Shown here: piece by piece, positions 28,310 through 37,477 of the stretch
How the letters are laid out: each line of letters starts with the position of its first letter
Numbering within the stretch: position 1 is the stretch's first letter
Source of the DNA: Anaerolineales bacterium
Lineage (GTDB): Bacteria > Chloroflexota > Anaerolineae > Anaerolineales > UBA4823
Direction of reading: 5' to 3'
Length of the DNA stretch: 38,302 bases
Assembly (NCBI GenBank): GCA_014859065.1
Contig: JACUUU010000003.1
Location: 1 to 38,302 of the forward strand
Position numbers and translations under genes: made by a program
The notes under the pieces: model-generated
The model's database searches: none
Seen by the model: the letters and a program-made list of their open reading frames with translations, nothing else
Told to the model about the DNA's origin: nothing

Positions 28310-29170
28310 TCATCCCACAGCGACCTCGCTCACTATTCGCCGCCGCCTTTTCCAGGGCAGTCGCCAGCCCCCTTCTCCGCCCACACGAATATCACGACCT
28401 TCGAATAACCTCCATGCTAGCACCATAAATAGAATCGCAAAGCCAATCAAACCGCCAAACCATCCCCACTCAAGACCTTCCAATGCAAACCCTCCCTGGT
28501 AGTAGTAAAGCGGGGTGAATTGAGCCACTCCTTCCAGGTCCGGGTTCAAATCGATCAAAGAGATCATGAGGAAGCTGGCTACCAACAGAAAACTCGTCAA
28601 CATTGCCGAGGCACTCCGTGAAGGAAGCAGCATGCTGAGAAGCAGACCAAGGAATCCAAAGAATAAGAGTGCCGAGAAAAGGGAAAGGAAGGGTAACAAC
28701 AGCTCACCAGGGGTAATATCTAATCCAGTATTCGGGAGTACCAGGATGAATCCTGTCCACGTTATCGCTATTATCAAGATCAGGGAGACAATAAAAGCCG
28801 CCAAGCGGCTGAAGAACAAAGTTGTTCGGCTGATAGGGTGAGCCACAACCAGGTCAAGAACACCCCCCTCTTCGTCAGCAACCAACAATCCACTGCCTGA
28901 AAGTACAGCGTAGATTCCCAAGACCAGGGGCATCAAATAGAAGAAGTAGACATTGAGATAACCACCGCGACTGAACATGTCTGTCATACCACCAAAGAAA
29001 GCAAACACTTCAGGTGGGTATTGTTTTAGCAATTCCTCCATTACTTCTCTTTGTTCGATGAAGGTATCGTAAAATGTCAGGATATAGGCGCCGTAAGCTG
29101 TCAGAGAGAGACCCCAAATAATGATTGTGAAGCGTGCCCGCGAGAGATGATAGCGAAATATAGTGAACAT
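28310..29170 (-). CDS. ABC-2 type exporter permease
   Basis: About 6 TM helices, DEEGGVLDL..HPISR motif, downstream of an ABC ATPase. Confidence 0.88.
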   Translation of the reverse strand: MFTIFRYHLSRARFTIIIWGLSLTAYGAYILTFYDTFIEQREVMEELLKQYPPEVFAFFGGMTDMFSRGGYLNVYFFYLMPLVLGIYAVLSGSGLLVADEEGGVLDLVVAHPISRTTLFFSRLAAFIVSLILIIAITWTGFILVLPNTGLDITPGELLLPFLSLFSALLFFGFLGLLLSMLLPSRSASAMLTSFLLVASFLMISLIDLNPDLEGVAQFTPLYYYQGGFALEGLEWGWFGGLIGFAILFMVLAWRLFEGRDIRVGGEGGWRLPWKRRRRIVSEVAVG

Positions 29171-29232
29171 TTGGTTTGCCTTTTCTTAGAAAATATCAAT
29201 CAGGTCGGATCTAATTTCAATTTCCATGGATC

Positions 29233-30126
29233 TTATTGCCGGTAATATTCCAGGAAAATTTCTTCCAATGACGCTCTTTGGGTCTCAAAATCAACGACAG
29301 GAAATTGCGCAAGTGTCTTGATCAAGGCATCCATCTCACCTTCAGCTTTTAATACTACAACCGTGCCGTCATCGTGAGAAAGCACTTCGACTCCAGGAAC
29401 GCTCTCAAGGGTGTTGATATCCACCGGTTTTGCAAAGCGAATACGAGTGTGGCGCACCGCACGTGCGATCAAGGTCTCTGTATCTGCTACCTCAACTACT
29501 TTCCCTAGGCGGATTATGCCAACCCGATCTGAGATCTCCTGCACTTCGCTGAGAATGTGAGAGGAGAAGAAGATTGTAGCCCCTTCCTGGCGAGCTTCCG
29601 CCACCAGGTGCAGCACCTCTCGCTGCATCAACGGGTCTAACCCGAAGGTTGGCTCATCCAGCATGAGTAATTCTGGGCGGTGCATTAACGCCTGGATGAT
29701 GCCGACCTTCTGCTTGTTGCCGCGTGATAAATTCTTGATTGCAATCTTCAAATCCAGGTCTATGCGATCAGCCAGCTGGCGAATATACATCCAATCCGCT
29801 TTCCCACCGCGTAAACCATTCAAATAGCGAAGCACACCTTCTCCAGTCAGGTTCTCTTGCATGCGTAATTCCCCAGGAAGGTAACCAACGCGGGCACGCA
29901 CTGTGACTGGATCTTTCTGCGGGTCAACACCTAACACTTGAGATCTCCCCGCATCTGGTCGGATCAGATCCAGCAGGCAGCGGATTGTAGTGGTCTTCCC
30001 GGCACCGTTGGGACCAAGGAAGCCAAAGATCTCTCCGCGCCGCACCTCCAGGTCTACTCCCCTTAGCGCCTGCACTTTACCATAAGACTTCACCAAACCT
30101 TGGGTAAGAATCGCCAGTGGCTGCAT
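29233..30126 (-). CDS. ABC-2 exporter ATP-binding protein
   Basis: GPNGAGKTT, LSRGNKQK, LDEPT and SSH. SD GGAGG supports a start at 30126. Confidence 0.93.
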   Translation of the reverse strand: MQPLAILTQGLVKSYGKVQALRGVDLEVRRGEIFGFLGPNGAGKTTTIRCLLDLIRPDAGRSQVLGVDPQKDPVTVRARVGYLPGELRMQENLTGEGVLRYLNGLRGGKADWMYIRQLADRIDLDLKIAIKNLSRGNKQKVGIIQALMHRPELLMLDEPTFGLDPLMQREVLHLVAEARQEGATIFFSSHILSEVQEISDRVGIIRLGKVVEVADTETLIARAVRHTRIRFAKPVDINTLESVPGVEVLSHDDGTVVVLKAEGEMDALIKTLAQFPVVDFETQRASLEEIFLEYYRQ

Positions 30127-30174
30127 ATGAACCTCCGTGAACTGGTGTAATTTTAACACCAGCACAAACCTTCA

Positions 30175-30203
30175 TTGACCTTATCCCCTATATGTGGTTT
30201 AAT
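30175..30203 (+). promoter_or_regulatory. Sigma70 promoter of the T-box/ileS leader
   Basis: TTGACC (30175-30180), 17 nt spacer, TG-extended TTTAAT (30198-30203). Confidence 0.6.
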
Positions 30204-30227
30204 TTTCGGCATAATTAATAACAAATG

Positions 30228-30647
30228 GCAATGATGGAAACGAGTAAGCCTGTGGCGATAGATGGATAATTCGCCAGGCTGACAGCGACCTCGGGTTTTG
30301 GTGGAAGCCGGGGCAGACCAGCAGGCTGAAAATCCTTCCGGAGCTGTAAACTGAAATAGTTATCCGGCCTGTCCTCTCATCTGCACTACCATACTTATTG
30401 AAAGGATTTCCTGATTACCAGGCTTGATAACTAAAATAAGGGAACCGGTCTCATCCACCGTTACCAGAGATGCGAGTATACGTCGGTAAGTCTGTTAGTT
30501 TTCCAGCCGGACTCTCAACTCCTGGTGGAAATACCCCCGATGACTGAATGGCTGTATTCGAACTGAGCGCTCGTTTTATCGGGAACCAGGGTGGTACCGC
30601 GGGAGAAATTATGACTCTCGTCCCTAATATCGGACGAGAGTTTTTTT
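30228..30647 (+). ncRNA. T-box riboswitch, Ile specifier, transcriptional type
   Basis: Stem I elements (ATGA, AGTA, CAGCGA, GGTGGAA) with specifier ATC at 30332-30334. CCGTTA at 30458. T-box AGGGTGGTACCGCG (30588-30601). Terminator ACTCTCGTCC/GGACGAGAGT plus T run (30614-30647). Confidence 0.93.
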
Positions 30648-30684
30648 GTTTATGTTTATGAGACAATTGAAATTTGGAGGAGAC

Positions 30685-33600
30685 ATGCCCTTTAAAGATG
30701 TGCCTGTTAAAGTAGATTTTCCAGCCCAGGAACGGGATTTGTTGCACTTCTGGAAAGAGACGCACGTATTCGAGCAACTGCGCCAGCTGCACAAGGATGA
30801 CCCTCACTGGTCATTCATTGATGGCCCAATTACTGCCAATAATCCCATGGGAGTCCATCATGGTTGGGGGCGAACATACAAAGACCTTTTCCAGCGATTC
30901 TGGACTATGCGGGGACGCAAACTTCGCTACCAGAATGGTTTCGATTGTCAGGGCTTGTGGGTTGAAGTCGAAGTCGAAAAGGAAATGGGCTTTAAGACCA
31001 AGAAAGATATCGAGGATTACGGGTTGGAGCAGTTCGTGCGCAAATGTAAAGCGCGGGTCCTGCGCTTCGCTGCCGTGCAAACTGAACAATCGATCCGCTT
31101 GGGTTACTGGATGGATTGGAACGATCCCGAGCAGTTACGGCTGCTATCTGGTCTCATCGTTTCCGACCCTTCCAAGGAGATCACCATTCAAGGTCCTGAA
31201 GGCCCAATCAGCGCCACCGTAGAGCAGATCATCGGTCAGCTAGGACTACCCAGACTGGGCGGCAGCTACTTCACATTCTCCAATGAGAACAACTATATGA
31301 TCTGGACTTTCTTGAAAAAGTGCTGGCAGAGGGGTTGGTTATACCGGGGGGTAGATGTAATGCCATGGTGCCCGCGCTGCGCCACCGCTATCAGCCAGCA
31401 CGAGATCGTCACTGATGGATACGCAGAGCTGACCCATCCTTCAGTAACGCTTCGATTTCCTCTAACTGAGTCTCATAATGATCATCCTGAATCCCTTTTG
31501 GTTTGGACTACCACCCCCTGGACTTTGACCAGCAATGTTGCCGTGGCTGTTGGACCTAATCTGGACTACGTGAAGGTCAAACAAGGAGAGGAGATATTTT
31601 ACCTATCCAAAGGCACACTGCATATGCTGCAAGGCGATTACCAGGTGCTCGCAGAATTAAAAGGCAGTGAGATGCAGGGCTGGCGTTATTTGGGTCCCTT
31701 CGATGATCTGCCTGCAGCCCAAAAGGTAGGTGGGCACCATCAAAGGTTAGACACTACAGGGGAGGAAGCGATCCAAGCCTCATCCAGCACCAGCCAGGCT
31801 CATCGCGTAATCCTGTGGGATGAAGTTGGCGAAACGGAAGGTACCGGGATTGTCCATATTGCCCCAGGCTGTGGTGCTGAAGATTTCGTTCTAGGAAAGC
31901 AGTATAACCTGCCCCTGATCGCACCCTTGGAAGAGGAAGGGCACTTCGTGGACGGTTTTGGCTGGCTGTCAGGAATGCATGTCTCTGAGGTTACCGATCC
32001 AATCTTTGAAGATTTGGAACGTAAAAACCTTCTCTACCAGGTCGCCCCGTACACCCACCGTTACCCCACCTGCTGGCGTTGTGCCACAGAACTGGTCTTC
32101 CGCCTGGTGGATGAATGGTTCATCAGTATGGGTGAGGTCTATGACAAACCCCGCGAACAACTCACCCCCGAAGAGAAATCTCGCTCTCTGCGCTATCAAA
32201 TCATGGATGTTGTTGATCAGATCCGCTGGATCCCCGAATTCGGCCATGCGCGCGAAATGGACTGGCTCTACAATATGCACGACTGGATGATCAGCAAGAA
32301 ACGCTTTTGGGGGTTAGCTCTGCCCATTTGGGTTTGCTCGCAATGCGATCATTTCGAGGTCATCGGTGACGAACTCGAATTGGAGGCACGCGTCATAGAA
32401 GGGTGGGAGAAATTCGAGGGGCACAGCCCCCATCGACCTTTTGTAGATCACGTTAAGATCGCCTGCCCAAGCTGCCAGGGACATATGGACCGCATCCTGG
32501 ACGTCGGTAACCCCTGGTTGGACGCTGGCATAGTGCCTTTCAGCACCTTGTGCTATCGCAGCGACCCGGATTATTGGCGCTCTTGGTACCCCGCTCATTG
32601 GATCAGTGAATCCTTTCCTGGTCAGTTCCGCAACTGGTTCTACAGCCTTTTGGCGATGGCTACCGTTTTGGACTACAGCCCACCTTTTTTAGAAAATTTC
32701 ACATACGGCACCTTACTGGCTGAAGACGGACGCCCCATGCATAAGAGTTGGGGAAATTCAATCGAGTTCAATGAGGCAGCCGACAAGATGGGAGTGGACG
32801 TAATGCGTTGGTTGTACTGCGCCCACAAACCTGAAAATGATTTGCTTTTCGGCTACACCCGTGGAGATGAAGTGCGGCGTGGTTTCCTGATCCCGCTTTG
32901 GAATGTTTACAGCTTTTTAGTGACTTACGCTAACCTGGACGGTTGGTCTCCTGGTGATTCGTCTGCTGGAAACCAAGGCGATCATCGTTTCGATCCAGGC
33001 TTCCCTGAAGGTACAGCACCTTCCAGTGAAAACCTGCTCGATCGCTGGATTGTAGCTCGTCTCAACCAAGTGGTCTCAACCGTGACCAAGAAGATAGAAG
33101 ATTCCGATCCATTGAGCGCTACAATCGCCATGGAGTCTCTCCTGGATGATCTGACCAACTGGTTTGTGCGTCGCAGCCGGCGCCGCTTTTGGAAGAGCGA
33201 ACATGATGCAGACAAACACTCTGCCTACGCAACCCTTTACCACGTGCTGGTAAAATTCATAAAACTCCTGGCACCTTTCACCCCATTTGTAGCTGATGTT
33301 ATCTACCAAAATCTGGTCCGCTCGATGAAACCACAAGCTTATCAAAGTGTTCACCATTGCGCCTGGCCAACAGCGGAGGATTCAGCAGTCGACAGTTCGC
33401 TGCTGGATCAAATGGCATTGGCGCGTCAGATCGCCAGCCTGGGACTGAGCGCCCGCAACAGCGCTGGATTGAAAGTCCGCCAGCCACTCGCCAAAGTCCT
33501 GGTCTATGTCCCCGCAAAGCGTTCCTTGGATTCCCGATTTGTGGATATCGTCATCGATGAGATTAACGTGAAGCAGCTAGAATTTGTGGAACAGGCAGAT

Positions 33601-34143
33601 CGGTTAGTGCAGTACCGTGTCCTCCCAGACAATCAAAAGCTGGGACCAAAGTTTGGTGCCAGGTTCCCCAAAGTGCGCACTGCGCTGGAGAATCTAGACT
33701 CCTTCAAAGTCGCGCAGCAAGTCCAGGCTGGAGATGCGGTAGAGATCACCATGGATGGTGAACGAATCGAACTCAACGCGGACGAACTTTTAGTGCACAC
33801 TCAACCGGTAGAAGGGCTGGCTATCGCCGCCGACCGGGTTGTAACCGTAGCTGTGGATGCAGTCATCACAGCAGAGCTGCGTGCTGAAGGCTTGGCGCGG
33901 GAGCTCGTGAGACGCATACAAGCGATGCGCAAAAATGCCGGCTTCAACATCCAGGACCGCATCACAACCTACTACAGAGGTGAGAGCGGTGACCTGGAAC
34001 AAGTGATCGCTGCCTGGGCTGAATACATCAAAGCCGAGACCTTGACCACCCATTTAGAAGGCGGGGAGCCGCCTCAGGACGCGTATGCTGAAACCCATAA
34101 ATTAGATGGAATGGAACTGCTATTAGGCGTGAAACAAAATTAA
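30685..34143 (+). CDS. ileS: Isoleucine--tRNA ligase, type 2-like, copy 1
   Basis: DGPITANNPMGVHH, WTTTPWTL, GTGIVHIAPG..ED editing site, PMHKS at the KMSKS position, IleRS2-type C-terminus. Directly follows the Ile T-box. SD GGAGG. Confidence 0.9.
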   Translation: MPFKDVPVKVDFPAQERDLLHFWKETHVFEQLRQLHKDDPHWSFIDGPITANNPMGVHHGWGRTYKDLFQRFWTMRGRKLRYQNGFDCQGLWVEVEVEKEMGFKTKKDIEDYGLEQFVRKCKARVLRFAAVQTEQSIRLGYWMDWNDPEQLRLLSGLIVSDPSKEITIQGPEGPISATVEQIIGQLGLPRLGGSYFTFSNENNYMIWTFLKKCWQRGWLYRGVDVMPWCPRCATAISQHEIVTDGYAELTHPSVTLRFPLTESHNDHPESLLVWTTTPWTLTSNVAVAVGPNLDYVKVKQGEEIFYLSKGTLHMLQGDYQVLAELKGSEMQGWRYLGPFDDLPAAQKVGGHHQRLDTTGEEAIQASSSTSQAHRVILWDEVGETEGTGIVHIAPGCGAEDFVLGKQYNLPLIAPLEEEGHFVDGFGWLSGMHVSEVTDPIFEDLERKNLLYQVAPYTHRYPTCWRCATELVFRLVDEWFISMGEVYDKPREQLTPEEKSRSLRYQIMDVVDQIRWIPEFGHAREMDWLYNMHDWMISKKRFWGLALPIWVCSQCDHFEVIGDELELEARVIEGWEKFEGHSPHRPFVDHVKIACPSCQGHMDRILDVGNPWLDAGIVPFSTLCYRSDPDYWRSWYPAHWISESFPGQFRNWFYSLLAMATVLDYSPPFLENFTYGTLLAEDGRPMHKSWGNSIEFNEAADKMGVDVMRWLYCAHKPENDLLFGYTRGDEVRRGFLIPLWNVYSFLVTYANLDGWSPGDSSAGNQGDHRFDPGFPEGTAPSSENLLDRWIVARLNQVVSTVTKKIEDSDPLSATIAMESLLDDLTNWFVRRSRRRFWKSEHDADKHSAYATLYHVLVKFIKLLAPFTPFVADVIYQNLVRSMKPQAYQSVHHCAWPTAEDSAVDSSLLDQMALARQIASLGLSARNSAGLKVRQPLAKVLVYVPAKRSLDSRFVDIVIDEINVKQLEFVEQADRLVQYRVLPDNQKLGPKFGARFPKVRTALENLDSFKVAQQVQAGDAVEITMDGERIELNADELLVHTQPVEGLAIAADRVVTVAVDAVITAELRAEGLARELVRRIQAMRKNAGFNIQDRITTYYRGESGDLEQVIAAWAEYIKAETLTTHLEGGEPPQDAYAETHKLDGMELLLGVKQN

Positions 34144-34218
34144 TGCCATTCACAACCGGGATAATAAAGTTCAGCGGTCTTCATAAAAAGCAGTTAAGTA
34201 TTTTGGTATGAGGCCATC

Positions 34219-37200
34219 ATGTTTAAACCCGTTCCCCCTGATTTGCATATAAATCAAATGGAAGAGGGCATTCTGCGCTTCTGGAAACACCACCATATCT
34301 TCGAGAAGACCAATGATCTACGCTCAGGGTCCGCGCAGTATGTTTTTTATGAAGGGCCTCCAACGGCCAATGGTCAACCAGGTGTGCATCACATCCTGGC
34401 AAGAGCGTATAAGGATATATTTCTACGCTATAAAACCATGCGTGGATACCATGTCATCCGCCGAGGTGGTTGGGATACCCATGGGCTTCCTGTCGAGCTG
34501 GAGGTTGAGAAACAGCTCGGATTCAACTCAAAATTGCAGATCGAGGAGTATGGTATCGCTGCGTTCAATGAGTTATGTCGCCAATCTACCTTTGAGTACA
34601 TCCTGGATTGGGAACGGTTGACAGACAGGATTGCCTATTGGGTAGCTTTAGATGATGCTTATATCACTTATACGAACGATTACATCGAGTCTGTGTGGTG
34701 GATGCTGAAGGCATTCTGGGATAAAGACCTGCTCTACCAGGCCTTCAAGATCGTCCCGTACTGCCCTCGTTGCGGTACACCTCTCTCCGACCATGAAGTC
34801 GCTCAAGGATTTCAACAAACAGAAGACCCCTCAGCTTTTATCCGTCTTCCACTGGTGGACGACCCAGGTACTTCTTTGTTGGTATGGACTACAACACCCT
34901 GGACTCTCCCAGGTAATGTTGCGGTGGCTGTGCATCCTGAAAAAGAATACATAATCGTCGAGCGCGATCAACCCGACAGTGGCCGAGAAAGATTGATATT
35001 GTCTAAAGATAGCCTGGATGCTGTGTTCGGGGAGGAATCCATTGAGCGCGGTGAAACCTTTATGGGGAAAAAACTTAAAGGCTTGAAATATCATCCTCTA
35101 TTTACATTTCTGGCAGCTGACAAACCCGCACATTATGTCGTCTTGGAAGAATTTGTCAATAGCACCGAAGGTAGTGGTATAGCGCATATTTCACCCACAT
35201 TTAATACCCAAGATTTGAAAGTCGCATTAGATCACGATCTCCCCATCCTGCAGACGATTACTGAAGATGGGACTTTTATACCTGAGATCAAACCATGGAG
35301 TGGGAAATTTTTCAAAGACGCAGATCCATTAATCTTTAAAGATCTTGAGGCGCGAGGACTACTCCTAAATGTTGGTACCTATATCCATACCTATCCGTAT
35401 TGCTGGCGCTGCAGTACTCCTTTACTCTACTATGCCCGAGAAACATGGTATCTGCGCACTACTCAGTTTAAAGACCGGATGGTAGCTCTCAATCAACACA
35501 TCCGTTGGCATCCCGAACAAATCAAGAATAAACGTTTTGGAAACTGGCTTGAGAACAATGTCGATTGGGTGCTCGGGAGAGAACGATATTGGGGAATACC
35601 CCTTCCGATTTGGGAGTGTAAAGTCTGCCACCACCAATTAGCAGTCGGCTCCCTGTCAGAGCTCAATCAATATTCTGGAAAAGACCTTCCCGAATTAGAC
35701 CTTCACCGCCCATTTATTGATGGCGTTAAGATCCCCTGCCCACATTGCCAAGGAACTATGGAGCGGGTGAAGGATTTGATCGATGTTTGGTTCGATTCCG
35801 GCTCTATGCCAGCCGCTCAATGGCATTACCCTTTCGAAGGAGAAGATCTATTCAACAAACAGTTTCCAGCTGATTTTATTTGCGAAGCTTATGACCAGAC
35901 CCGCGGCTGGTTTTATTCCTTGCATGCCATCAGCACTATGCTTTTCGACCAGGAAGCTTATCGCAACGTGATTTGTCTTGGATTGATCCTAGATGCTGAA
36001 GGCAAAATAATGTCTAAGTCACAGAAAAACGTCATCGACCCCTGGGAAGTGATCAACACCCATGGATCTGACGCATTCCGTTGGTACCTTTACACCGCAA
36101 CCCCCCCAGATAAAGATCGCCGGTTTTCGGTTGAGCTGGTTGGAGGGGCAGTCCGCCAACTGACCTTACCTTTATGGAATGTGTATGCATTTTTCATCAC
36201 GCATGCTGTGCTGGAGCGATGGACACCAACCCCCGAGAATTCATCAACCAGGTCAGGTTCAAACGACTACACCTATCTGGATCGCTGGCTGCTGTCGGAA
36301 TTAAATCTTTTGATTGAAGAGGTTACCAGCGCTTTTGAAGATTTCAATACAATCCAGGCTACCCGTCCAATCCAGAAGTTTGTTGAAGCTCTATCTCGGT
36401 TGTATCTGAGGCATTCGCGCCACCGCTTCAGGAGAAATGACAATCCTGCTGATAAACAGGCTGCATTCAATACCCTTTATATAACCCTGGTCACCCTGTG
36501 CAAGCTGCTTGCCCCAGCCATGCCTTTGTTGGCTGAGGAGCTCTACCAAAACCTGGTACGCTCCTTGGATCAGGAAACCTTACCTTCTGTACACATGGTA
36601 GATTGGCCGCGAACAGATTGGAGCATGATTGACGATGTCCTCGGTCAGGAAATGCAGCTGTTGATGAAACTGGTATCGCTAGGCCACTCTGCTCGGAATC
36701 AAGCTGGTATAAAGGTTCGCCAACCCCTTTCAGAGATTCTTTTCTCAGTCCAGAATAAATCAGAACAGCTCATCATCGATCAACAAAAAAATTTACTGAC
36801 TAAAGAACTCAACGTGAAAACGGTCCGTTCATTGAATACGACCGAAGAGTTCTTATCGCACATATTGAATCCACTACCCGCAAAATTAGGCAGTAAGTAT
36901 AAGGCATTATATCCATCCATCAAACAGGCTATCCATGATCTCAATCCGGAGAAGGTAGCTTCCAATTTGCTGGATGGGATTCCTATAGAAGTGACCGTTG
37001 GTGACCAGAATTATGTGATCCAAGCGGACGAAGTCGAAATTCTAACCCAGCCACTCTCCTCAATGGTAGTCTCACGAGATGGACCTTACTTTGCTGCTTT
37101 GAATACAGAGTTGACTCCCAACTTGATCAGCGAAGGAATCATCCGCGAGCTGATTAGGCACATTCAAAGTTTACGCAAGCAAGCTGACCTTGAGTTCAAC

Positions 37201-37395
37201 GACCACATTCAGATCTACTTTCAGACCACACCCAGCATTTCGGAAATCTTCCAAGAGTACCGTGACTACATTTTGAAGGAAACTCGCGCCACTGCGATGA
37301 TCAAAGCTGCTCCTCCTGACGAATCCATTACCATGACTACCAGGTTCGATAACGAACTTTCAGTTTTAGGGCTTATGGAAGCACCTGAAAAATAG
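34219..37395 (+). CDS. ileS: Isoleucine--tRNA ligase, type 2-like, copy 2 (divergent)
   Basis: EGPPTANGQPGVHH, GWDTHGLPVE, WTTTPWTLPGN, WFDSGSMP, DQTRGWF and IMSKS. Intact 1058-aa ORF. Confidence 0.85.
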   Translation: MFKPVPPDLHINQMEEGILRFWKHHHIFEKTNDLRSGSAQYVFYEGPPTANGQPGVHHILARAYKDIFLRYKTMRGYHVIRRGGWDTHGLPVELEVEKQLGFNSKLQIEEYGIAAFNELCRQSTFEYILDWERLTDRIAYWVALDDAYITYTNDYIESVWWMLKAFWDKDLLYQAFKIVPYCPRCGTPLSDHEVAQGFQQTEDPSAFIRLPLVDDPGTSLLVWTTTPWTLPGNVAVAVHPEKEYIIVERDQPDSGRERLILSKDSLDAVFGEESIERGETFMGKKLKGLKYHPLFTFLAADKPAHYVVLEEFVNSTEGSGIAHISPTFNTQDLKVALDHDLPILQTITEDGTFIPEIKPWSGKFFKDADPLIFKDLEARGLLLNVGTYIHTYPYCWRCSTPLLYYARETWYLRTTQFKDRMVALNQHIRWHPEQIKNKRFGNWLENNVDWVLGRERYWGIPLPIWECKVCHHQLAVGSLSELNQYSGKDLPELDLHRPFIDGVKIPCPHCQGTMERVKDLIDVWFDSGSMPAAQWHYPFEGEDLFNKQFPADFICEAYDQTRGWFYSLHAISTMLFDQEAYRNVICLGLILDAEGKIMSKSQKNVIDPWEVINTHGSDAFRWYLYTATPPDKDRRFSVELVGGAVRQLTLPLWNVYAFFITHAVLERWTPTPENSSTRSGSNDYTYLDRWLLSELNLLIEEVTSAFEDFNTIQATRPIQKFVEALSRLYLRHSRHRFRRNDNPADKQAAFNTLYITLVTLCKLLAPAMPLLAEELYQNLVRSLDQETLPSVHMVDWPRTDWSMIDDVLGQEMQLLMKLVSLGHSARNQAGIKVRQPLSEILFSVQNKSEQLIIDQQKNLLTKELNVKTVRSLNTTEEFLSHILNPLPAKLGSKYKALYPSIKQAIHDLNPEKVASNLLDGIPIEVTVGDQNYVIQADEVEILTQPLSSMVVSRDGPYFAALNTELTPNLISEGIIRELIRHIQSLRKQADLEFNDHIQIYFQTTPSISEIFQEYRDYILKETRATAMIKAAPPDESITMTTRFDNELSVLGLMEAPEK

Positions 37396-37477
37396 ATCAG
37401 AATTGGGGAGACATATATTGCAAAGCAGAAGCTTCATAGCAGGCTAATTCCACCATTAGTGGTAAAATTTAGACAAA

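Noticed and set aside
30451-30807. 118-aa minus-strand ORF
   Set aside because: Antisense to the T-box and the ileS start, so it is a shadow ORF.
31111-31266. Intein in IleRS copy 1
   Set aside because: Too short and lacks splice-junction residues.
879-36965. Remaining 60-160 aa alternative-frame ORFs in the track
   Set aside because: Almost all overlap or lie antisense to well-supported genes, and none has a recognisable motif.
30685-37395. One of the two synthetases being ValRS/LeuRS, or a split/frameshifted gene
   Set aside because: Each ORF is a complete enzyme with IleRS-type GP..AN and WTTTPWTL motifs and an IleRS2-like C-terminus.
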